NCBI GenBank assembly: GCA_023231475.1
Contig: JALJEE010002634.1
Location: 51,401-71,400 of the forward strand
Length of the DNA: 20,000 bases
Direction: 5' to 3'
DNA from: Seison nebaliae
Lineage: Eukaryota
A model generated the notes under the pieces. That model saw only the letters and a list, made by a program, of their open reading frames with translations, was not told the DNA's origin and made no database searches. How positions within the stretch are numbered: position 1 is the stretch's first letter; the number at the start of each line of letters is the position of its first letter. Below are positions 9,914-20,000 of this stretch, piece after piece. The position numbers and the translations under genes were made by a program.

Positions 9914-10776
9914 ATTGCTATTAGATTAATGTGTTGGTACCGTGTGGACTATATCATATTATTGAGAAGTTCTATTGATTTCGTGTTGTTGATGACGGAA
10001 TTATAAAAGCGAATCGTTTCTCTCACAATTACCTAAAATGTTGCAATACAATCAGAATTGTTTAAACTGATTCTAAACTATTTTCTGGTGGAATCGACGG
10101 GAGACGTAGAGGTAGAAAAGAATCTGATGTAAAATATAATTATTATCTGGCAAATTAAGAAGATTTATTGTTTAAACATGGGAAGAAACTGATGATTATA
10201 TCATATGAAACGAGAAATTGTGGAAGATATATTGCTTAAAAGAATGAAGAATTAACATCTGACTGTGTGTACTTCACCCATAAGTAGATGGAGAAAGTAG
10301 TTGGGAAAGAAAGAAAATGTACGTAAAAGAACCTTCGACAACTGAATGAATAACAATGACTGACAGCTGAATCGACGTAAAAATAGACGAAGGACCTTTA
10401 GCACATCATTTTATTTAACAATTTTACTACGCTAACATCTATCTATTCAAATACCGACGTTCTTATTCATTTATTCATCTATTCTTCATAATTACATAAA
10501 TTTATTTACCTTTTATCTACTCAACCATACACGTAAGATTTTCTTATCATTTTCTCTATTACCATTTGCCCCCTACACCAAATATATATGACGATGTTTA
10601 TGTATATCCATATCTATACAATCACATATCAATTTGTAGAGGAGTGCTTCCCAGAACATTTGCCATATCTCTCATTCTCACCAGCTAATCAAGGAAATTA
10701 ATTGTTACATAAGAAATACAAATGTACATATGGAGATGTTGGCTATTATGATATAATACTATTGATATACGATCTC

Positions 10777-10811
10777 TCATCATCATCATCATCATCATTA
10801 TCATCATCATC
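10777..10811. repeat. (TCA)n microsatellite, intergenic
   Basis: tcatcatcatcatcatcatcattatcatcatcatc. Confidence 0.85.
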
Positions 10812-13800
10812 GTCTTTTCAACACTCCTTCTTACACAATTTAACCAATACTTATTCTATCGCCTTTCAAAATCTTATCCAAATGATATTTCCAATGAGTT
10901 ATGAATTATTTAGTCGATATTAACCAACAATTATAGTAGATGGCGGTATGTGTAAATAGAGATTTACTCAAGGCCAACTTCTTTTCAAATTACCAACCAA
11001 AAATAAATTTAATTTCTTCAATAAATACGACATACGACACCTACTACTACTAACTAGTAAATATGTTCACTCGAAAAAGGACAACCAATTCATTTAATGA
11101 ATAACATGACTCATTCCTAATTTTGAATTAGAATTTCCTCTTAAACATGACTCAAAATTCTCCAATCATATTCTTCTAATTAATTTCTCTGAAACTTTTT
11201 TAAAATTCAATATATAAATTTTGTTATATAATATAATTTGGTCACTAAAAATCAAAGCAAAATAATTCGAAAATTCGAATTAATTCTACAGTCCACATTT
11301 TTCAACCTGTTCCGTTTTACGTTAGATAAAACTATAAAATAAAATGGGTTTAATAAACTCGGCTTATTTCCTTAAATTGTTTCCCATAAAACCGGGAAGA
11401 AAAACCAATCTAATGATTAAGAAATTTCCAGACCGAAATGAACTATGACTCTCGACTTCTAAAGAATTATAAGAGTTCCAGAAGTTTATGGTTCTTCCAA
11501 TCACACATCCATTTTAACGACTTGACGAAGGAACATTAACAAATATCTAATATAAACGATTTACTGCCGATCCGCTCTGATAAGTGGACGGCAACATGTT
11601 ATTGCTGACATAAAGGAAATCACTTTAGTTTGGTTTGCTAAGTGTATCTTATGATTCCAATCGACACAAATCCAACAATTGACATTAATAGATACATAAG
11701 AAGGAATTGTCATTCATTAGATAAATTTTTATTCGGATCAGAAAGGCATCACTAACAATTGGAAGGAAAATTGTCGAATAATGCTAATTGAATAAAATTT
11801 TTCTACATTTTGAGTTACTTATAATCAAACCATTCCCTCCAACTGTTTCTTTCAACTTTTCTATTTTTTCTCAATCTGAACATTTCTTGTTTTTTTCCTT
11901 TTCTAATTATTAAACGTATTTTCCAATAGACAGAAAATACATCAATACCTAACACTTCTTCTCTACACTTTCCAAGTTCACTCTTATTGTGCACTGACAA
12001 TGTGATCAAATGTATAACGGTCAAAAGTGTTTGGAAAACAGAAAACAGCGTTTGAGATAAGAAACGAATAAATTTTCGAGAGATAACTAAACTTTTTCAA
12101 GAAGTCATGAAACGTCGCATGATAAAATAAGTTTTATCTCTATAAATTTTTCGTTGAAAGGATATTTTGAATAAGAATGAAAACGTTATACGTACGTCTC
12201 GGGGTCATCTTCTAACTGTTGAATCTTCGATTGGCTATTGGAAAAGCAGAATTAAAACTAACAACTGTGAAAATTGAGAAAAAATTTATCGATTCCCTCC
12301 TACAAATTTCATGAAACATCGTAAGTGAATAATAATATCATAAATTAATAATAATAATTAAAACTTGAAGTTTTAAACTTCTTTTTTATTCAACTATTGA
12401 CGAAATATTTACTCATTCGTAGTCAACTAAATTGTAATTTGGGAAAAATTGGATAAAATTTAGTTGTAGAGTGCGGTTCTCCAGACAGGAGAAAGAGGAA
12501 AATGATGTAGGGGGTGTATCAGGATATCCTTGAAATGATGTTTACGAATAGCAAGAAAGAAATGGAACTTTCTCGTAAATAATTTCTTCTCTATTACATA
12601 ACATCTTTTTTAAAGGCGTATCAACGAGGAGAATGTATGTGATTTTGAAAATAAATTACTAAATATTACCTAACAACTTAAGGAATTTGAATTGAATTAT
12701 CAGATAATACGTCTGGTGCTGTTAATATTAATAATGTCATTAATAGGTTTTGACGAATTGTTTTCAGATTACTATTTAATGTGGTGGAACTCTATTTCTG
12801 AGATATAGTTGTGACTGAACTTTAACTGGGAAATAGAAGGGGAAGAAACAGATGATATGAAGCCAAGTCGAATTCACTTAACATTTTGAATTTTTTCAAC
12901 CTTTCATCATTCCATTAAATTTCAATAAGTGACGAATATTATTTTTTGCGTTCATTATTATTGTTATTTTTGTACTTAACATTTCATAGATGCAATATTT
13001 TGATTATTTAAAGGAGTTGATTGACATAATAATCGGTCGAATGGCATTGATTGGAAATGCATAACGTAGTGCAACATATTCTGGAAATTGTCATTAGAAA
13101 GTTAAAACTATTTTTTGTAATAAGTGCCATTCAGTCGTCATGTTTGGACGCAGCAGATGTACTTCATTGTGTGGGAAGTTTTCAGATGGAATTGAAGGTA
13201 ATTCTAAAAATAATTGAAAGAGGAAAATTGAAGAAGAGGAATGAGGGGGGAACACCACGGAAAAGAATAAAAATTTCATGTTTATTTCATTATGTGAATT
13301 GTATATATTGAAATTATGGAACACACTATACGTCTGCTTGGTTGTCGATGTCTACGTCACTACTACGACTACTACAACAACTAATACTACAACTGCTATT
13401 ACGAAAAGTAAGAGCTAGTTATTCGGTATTGCTGTTGGGGTAATAGTAGAATGGTTGTTGTTTTTAGTGTTGTTGGTATGATCTAAGGAGTAGAAGTAAT
13501 AGTGATCGCAATCGTAATATGGAAGAAGTAGGAAAATGGAGAGTGAAACAGACGACAGACGTGATAGATGATTTTGACAAGGCTCCGTACATCTAACCTT
13601 GACAATGAAGGCCAACGAAGGGAATTTTACAATACGCTCTCCTCGATTCCACACACACACCCCATTCCGCCCAATCAGTTCTCGAATGCCGACGATCTCA
13701 ATGTTGTTCATTTATTTCTTTTATCCTTCTACCAATAATTTATTATTTCTCTTATTATTCCAATTATTTCGAGAGTAATGAATGGAGAAAGGAGTGGAGA

Positions 13801-15684
13801 GGAAATGACTATGCAAATATTAATATAAATAACATAATAGTTGAAATAATAATAATAAGAAGAAGAACAACAGCAGTCCTAATAATGATCGTGCCTCCAT
13901 CTGTATAATTTATATGAATTGATAAATAAATATTATTGAATTTAATACGCATTACATAACGCTGCCACTTTTTCTTTTGAGTAGTCTATGAAACATTGGG
14001 AGTGTCCAACTGTAGGCATAATCACAAGTAAGTTCACTTTTACCAACTTAATTTCTTTCCAATACTTCCAAGGGAAATAAATGAAATTATTTATTGAATA
14101 AATTCCGCTTTACTTATCTATACAAGTTGAACGATGGAATATTCGATGGATTATTCACAAAGTTATATAATTCTAATTATCAGATGTGTAATAGTCTTCT
14201 TAATGGATTCTTTCTTTAACATAAACATTTCATATTCGAAATTAAGAAGGAGAAGAAAAAACCCATTATAACCAAGGTGAATGTTAGAGGTTGACCAATT
14301 TTCCAAATATATTAAACCATTCGTCTCCCTGCTACGATTTCCTACAGCCAAACATTTTCCCTTCCTCTTCCAAACAACTACTATTTTTCGACTACCAATG
14401 CAACGATTACTACGGTTACGCAACTGCGCACAGTTACCTTCCGAATTATCCGATTCCCATCATTCAAGACATATGATTAATATCATCATACTATTCCTAT
14501 GATTAAAACTATAAATCGTCCTACGAATAATGAATATGTTTAAGAAATACTGACATAATAAATTTCATAATCAGTACATTTTTGGAGAATAGTCGAAGGA
14601 AATCATTATTTTCCATTTGTTCTATTAATTATTATCAGTTTTTAACTTTTCGCTTAAAAATTAACAAATAATTGAACGTTATAAAGGAATTCAATCACGA
14701 CATTCAACAAGCAGTCGGTTCTACTTTATTGGTGAAACAAGATTCCATTTCTATTAGTTCCGAAATGTGTTTAATCATTAATGGAATGAGTAACAGTAGT
14801 AAAGGTTATTGATTTTTCTTTGCACATGACATAAAATTACATTTTGAAATTTACATATTGGAATTGAATGTCTTCCAACAGTTTTCATTATTGACATATG
14901 TGACCTTCGAAAAATATTTCTTATAAATATTATTAACATATTTTACTATACTACGATAAATTAGATGACATATATACAATTTGTCGGATGTTATTATTTC
15001 GCATAATGTACTCCGTTATCGATCTGTATAACTTCGACAAATTGAATTGCCATTAAATAGCTGCATATGTCATTTAGTTTCCATATAATAATTAATGACG
15101 ATGTCGAATTAAAAGATTCTTTCAGAAAAACTTGCTAAAATAATTTTTAGTTAAATTCTTTTAATTTTTTAGGTAATATAATATTCATCATAACAATCAA
15201 ATGAGATGATGATGTGAAGGAATTCCATTTCGTAGGCAATAAAAACATCTGATCACAACATGATTTAAATTAATTATTTCATCATACGAAACATGATGTT
15301 TATCTACTTCAATTTCAAGAAATAAATGGTGATGATGTTCACACCACTACAAACATTGGAAATGAAGCATGACTGATTTTTTTTTGAAGGTTATTTGTAT
15401 CGATAATTCACCTCCTAATATATACACTTGTCATTCTCTGGTAATTTATAATGAATACCATTATAAATGCCACAATTCCATTTCCAATTGAACATTTCCA
15501 GTCATGATAAATTTATTGAATAACTTTTAACTGAATTTATGTTGATTATTATATATATATCGAGTTAAAATAATCGAAATTGGAAAATAATATTTGATCA
15601 TGTGTAATAATATAAGTTTAATAATAACTAAATAAAAATCGTCAAACAATGAAATTTTAGATATAATAAAATTTTTAAAATTTT

Positions 15685-16637
15685 TTATTCTCCATTACTT
15701 TTAATTTTCGATCTACATTCTTTAAAATTTTGAATTAAATTTCGGACATCTGATTCTCTGCTCCATTCCAACCACGAATTATCATATAATCTGACATTCG
15801 TTATATTTAAGGAATAGAGTGCAAGTATAACAATACATGCCGATAAACCACTACCACACATGATTTCGATTTGTTCATTTAATTTAATTCCATTTTTATT
15901 GACCAAGTCTTTTAGTTCGGTTTCATTTTTCAGTATTCCTTTCGATTTATCAAGAACGTTATAAAATGGGAGATTGATTGCTCCTTCAATATGTCCTGAC
16001 GGACAATCATCTCTTGGTTCATGATCTACTCCATTGAAGCGATTGGCAGGTCTGGCATCCAACATATTCAATTTACCATTCTTTACTAATTTTTCGATCA
16101 ATTCTTTATTTATCAATTTGTTTTCGTCTATTTGAAGTGGTTCGTCATTCCATTCGTTTGAAATATTAGTCGAATTGATTCCATTCTCTACGGGAAGATT
16201 GTTTGATTTCCATTCTCTAAATCCACCCTCCATGATCCATACGTTTCTAAAACCTGAAATCCACAAATTGAACCAAACTCTTGGAGCACTAAACAATCCA
16301 AACATCTCATCGTTGTCATATAAAATAATTTCCTTATTTAAATTATCGACATTGTTCTTCGCTAGGAATCTATTTGAATGAAGAATAAATTTCCAATTAT
16401 AAATAATAACGTTTGTAATGTTTTTCCGTCCGACAAGGAATGAGGAAAGTTAATCTCTTTATTCACTACTCCATCGATATCGAAGAAATTGGCACTTGGA
16501 ATATGTTGATCAATAAATTCTTTGAATGTATTCCGCTTATGTGCCTCAGTCGGTTTGGGATAAGAACAATCGAAAATCGCAATATTCTTATTCAATCTTT
16601 CATAAACTTTTGATGCTGACACAAATACGTTCTTCAT
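15685..16637 (-). CDS. MPST: 3-mercaptopyruvate sulfurtransferase (tandem rhodanese domains), 303 aa
   Basis: Exons 16637-16411 and 16369-15685, with a 41-nt intron at 16370-16410. Motifs: HIPSANFFDID, SAPRVW, MEGGFREW, LDARPANRF.G...EPR, GHIEGAINLPF and YDNSWLEW. The active-site loop CGSGLSA is MPST-type (CGSG) rather than rhodanese-type (CRKG). Confidence 0.92.
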
Positions 16638-17140
16638 AATTTTGGAAAGAAAAAATATATTTATGAAAATAATAAACTTCCAATCGAACCATTCAATTTA
16701 GGCTAAACTATGAAGAAAGAGTTATAGTTGAACAATTTTTATGAAACATGAGAAAGAAGAATATTCACATTATTTTTAGTACTGTATTATAGACATATAT
16801 CAAAGCTTCTACTGCTGAAACCTACTCAAAGGTAAAACCTGCACTGAATGGCTCCTGATTGTTCATATTTTTATTCTGCTTTGTGACTGATACCGAAAAA
16901 TTATTCTCTTCATGTTCATATTTTCGGAGTCAACTCCAAATATAAAATTGGAGTATGACAACTTAAATTAGTTTTCACAGTCATTCGTATTCTCATATTG
17001 TAAATATTGGAACTTAAGAAACGGAAACATATTGAATATTAATTGCCTTCCTTTATAGTACCCGACGAATTATAAATAAATTTTATGAAAATCTGTTTGA
17101 AAAGAGCTATTTAACGCCGTTAAATATAATAGCAGATATA

Positions 17141-18684
17141 ATGCAAAATGCAGGAAAATATTTTTATTCTTCTAGTCATAATTTCTCTTTAATTTCATTC
17201 AATGTTCATGGCCCACAAGGTTTTCTCTCCGAATTGTTTAAACTATTGAAATATGACATTATATTTCTACAAGAGATTTGGTTGGTCTCCATCCCAGTTT
17301 CTAATTTTAACGTTTCTTCACATATTTCATTTCTCTCTCATAGCGATTCCACCTAGTAGTATGAATGGTAAAAGGAGATGTTCATCAGGTATGATAATAA
17401 TGGTTCGAAAGGTTTTACTACCGTCGAATTTCACTATTCAATGAATAGTGAGTCGAATAATGAATAATGAATAGTATTCATTATGATAGTATATGTTCTG
17501 TCGAGATTCATAACGTCTTATGCGTTAATTTTTATGGGGACAGTGTGAAGAAATCCGTTACGTCGAACAAGCTGAAAGAATTCATCTCCAAGGAATGCAT
17601 AGATAAATCGTTCATCATTCAATAGCGATTTCAATCTTTCTCCCCTGGATATTGAACTATTAATTTGTTGTGGTAGTGACCTGTGCAATCTATTCAATAT
17701 TTCATTCGTCGATTTGATGTAGTGCGGTAAGAAATCTGTTTCATTTAAAACCAGTAGTGGTAGCTCTTGGATTGATCATGTTCTCGCCTCAAATAATCTT
17801 CTCTGATGTTTATGAATGTTATATCTCACAACTTTTTAATATCTTGTCAGAAGAGTTTCTACTTTCCGATCATTATGCTCATTTTCCCTACTATAAGTAT
17901 CCTACTATAAAGTGTGTGAAGTTCCTTCACTCTATCATGTGATATCAAAATTACTTTATGTAAGAATAATCGTTTGTTGGATAGAACCATGAACTACATC
18001 GATAATAGATGCTTTGTCTATTTCGATGAGATCTTCAAGTATTTGAAGGCATCTGCTTCATACTACAGAACCCTTAATAATTCACAGAAAAATAGAAAAA
18101 TCCCAAATTTCCAAGAAATACGACATCTGAAAGTGAAGATGATTGAAGCAAATCGTAATTATTTGGTTCATAATGATGTCGTATCTTTCTCTGAAAGGAA
18201 ATTTGCGAGAAAACAATTCAGATATGCCATAAGAGACCTGTTAAGGCGAAATGAAGCAGAAGTCTTCTCTGTGTTAGCCATTAATAATAACTCTGCGAAA
18301 TTCTGGTCTCTCATGAGAAGAAAGAGTCACAATTCCACCAATTCTATTCAAATTAATGTATTCGTACACTTCTTTCGTTCTTCTTTATATGATCCTTCCA
18401 TTTCACAAACGCAAGAAGATTCATCTCTCACAAATCCATCCTTATCGTTCAATGAAGTTACCGTTACGAAATTCAAGTCAACACTATCTTGCATGGACTT
18501 ATTTAAATTGCACGTTATCGATGATTGGTGTCTCAAGTTGGTATCTGGACTTGACGAAAAGTCAATTCAACTAATTATCAATCACATTAATAAGATCCTT
18601 TTATGTAATATTGATTATAGCTATATGCGAGTATTTTCCATCATTCCTTTGTACAAGAATCTAGGAGCGGTACTCACTTTATAG
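17141..18684 (+). mobile_element. Decayed non-LTR retrotransposon ORF2 fragment (APE endonuclease, linker and start of the RT region); pseudogenised
   Basis: APE motifs occur in order across shifted frames: ISFNVHG, DIIFLQEIW, SGMIIMVRK, SDFN (~17624, from GDFN), SWIDHVL (~17764) and LSDH (~17862). These are followed by the linker NNSAKFWSLMR and the pre-RT motif IIPLYK. There are multiple stops and frameshifts and no YADD. Confidence 0.85.
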
Positions 18685-19304
18685 ATGTTATGTTATAGAT
18701 ATTTTATAGGTTTATGGCGTCGAGACGCTTTGAAATAATTTGACATTAATAGACTCTTTCTCCAATTAATTACAATAAGAATGGCAATCCGCTATGCCAA
18801 ATACACGTCGAAGTCGGCATATCATAATAGTAGTCGATCATTGGAACTAAATACAAAAAATTTCCGTTGATTGAAAAGTTAAAAAAAATATTGAAGTCAT
18901 ACATTTATTTCTTTACTCAGTTAAGATCACACCGCTCATTTATGGCAAATGATTCCATATTAATACATCGTTTGTCTTGTTTGATTGACGTGAGAAGATT
19001 GAGAGTGAGAATGGAACCGAATTAGTGAATCCGTCTTTATCATTTGTAGAATCAAGAAAAAAGCATAAGTTATTAATATTGGAAGAAAATACATTTTATA
19101 AATAATGGGTACTGAAATACTCATAATACGAAAATACTCATGTCATTTCTCATTTTGTCTCAAAAATTGTTTTCTTCTCATTTTTATAATTTCAAAAGTA
19201 TATGAATATGAAAGTATATATTATTAAAAAAAATTCCTCATTTAATATCATTATAAATTATTAGTATTCAATCATTATCAATATTTTAATTATTACTAAT
19301 ATTT

Positions 19305-19433
19305 TGATTTCCTCTCCGAATTTTAACGAAAAAGGTGAATTTACTCAGGGTGAGTTCCTCTCCGACATTGAAAAAAATGGGTGAGTTCCGCTCCGAAATA
19401 GAAAAAATAAGGTTAGTTCCGCTCCGTAACCCC
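19305..19433. repeat. About 31-bp degenerate tandem array (GGGTGAGTTCC[T/G]CTCCG + A-rich spacer), probably a DNA-transposon terminus
   Basis: Core copies start at 19348, 19379 and ~19410, with partial copies at ~19305-19340. The array ends in ...gctccgtaacccc. Confidence 0.7.
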
Positions 19434-19659
19434 ATTTGTTGTAATACGGCGAAAAATTTTCTCAATATTCTCAATATTGTGAAATCTCGATTGGCAATAA
19501 TTTGGATTCAAATCAATGAATCTAAATTTAAAATTCTGACGAACATTCATAATCTCTCTTCTTGTAGTAATTTCAGTTTAATAATTTCGAAAGAAATTTA
19601 ATTTCTGGGTTGTCAGATGGACAACAGAAAAAAATCTTCGAAATTGACCGATTACATTA

Positions 19660-19858
19660 GATGCAAATTTTTGGGGATGTTCGATTCTTTCTTTCATCGT
19701 TGCAAATTTTTTCCGGTTTTTCTGAAACTTCGACTGTTCGTAACTTATTGTTGTGATTTCTACGGTCTTATCTACTCATATTCTACGGTTCCATTCTCAA
19801 TCATGACCTCAATCCTGGTTTTTTCTTTTTCTGATAATCTCTTACCCTTACTCATCAT
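19660..19858 (-). pseudogene. Tc3/Tc1-mariner-like transposase N-terminal HTH remnant
   Basis: The minus strand encodes MMSKGKRLSEKEKTRIEVMIENG, then MSR*DRR and KFQKNRKKFATMK in shifted frames. This resembles the start of Tc3 transposase (MPRGSALSDTERAQLDVMKLLNVSLHEMSRKISRS...YLKDPVSYGTSK). No DDE domain is visible. Confidence 0.6.
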
Positions 19859-20000
19859 CAATACTTTATTTCTACCACGTTTTTTTGGTTTAAAATGATA
19901 ATATACTTCATTTGAAGTGAAAAGTTTTAAAGATATTTGGAAATTTTTTGTGGATTTTTAGCTTTTCATGTATTTTGATAGGACTTAAAGATTTTTGGAG

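Noticed and set aside
11584..11605. miR-184-like start (tggacgg)
   Set aside because: The match covers only 7 nt, and the hairpin is too short for a pre-miRNA.
10702..14502. Short ORFs in the long intergenic tract (e.g. 13051-13311, 13415-13711, 14281-14502)
   Set aside because: No recognisable motifs, many have non-ATG starts, and I could not build a consistent exon chain.
15204..15378. Box C/D snoRNA-like RTGATGA...CTGA pairs
   Set aside because: The spans are only about 45-50 nt, no rRNA antisense guide was recognised, and such motifs are common in AT-rich DNA.
19305..19433. CRISPR-like repeat-spacer array
   Set aside because: Only about 3 degenerate copies, the spacers are short, A-rich and similar to each other, there are no cas genes, and the context is eukaryotic.
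19006..19799. 14-bp inverted match tgagaatggaaccg (19006-19019) / cggttccattctca (19786-19799)
   Set aside because: It does not extend cleanly, one arm is inside the transposase remnant rather than at a terminus, and one match of this length is plausible by chance in 20 kb.

Overview
AT-rich eukaryotic genomic DNA, most likely from a compact invertebrate animal genome, using the standard genetic code with very short introns (40-80 nt). Six spliced protein genes all lie on the minus strand. From left to right they are: a partial single-TM protein with a Gly/Thr/Gln-rich 26-aa repeat (<1-1070); a 367-aa protein with a possible divergent bHLH and a C-terminal TM helix (1308-2545); ornithine decarboxylase antizyme (3057-3883); the Hsp90 activator AHA1 (5043-6396) with an upstream heat-shock element; an ~806-aa Asn/Gln/Ser-rich protein with a small SAMD3-like helical domain (7331-9913); and 3-mercaptopyruvate sulfurtransferase (15685-16637). 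About 5.7 kb with no convincing CDS separates the last two. The right end holds transposon debris: a decayed APE/RT non-LTR retrotransposon, a 31-bp subterminal-type repeat array and a Tc3-like transposase 5' remnant. Main highlights: (1) the antizyme needs a +1 ribosomal frameshift at UCC-UGA-U, followed by a perfect 12-bp stem that could form a pseudoknot; (2) 16 of 17 inferred coding introns begin GTT rather than GTR, and several end in AAG, suggesting an unusual splice-site code. All exon structures were inferred by hand from frame continuity and remembered homology, without transcript data.
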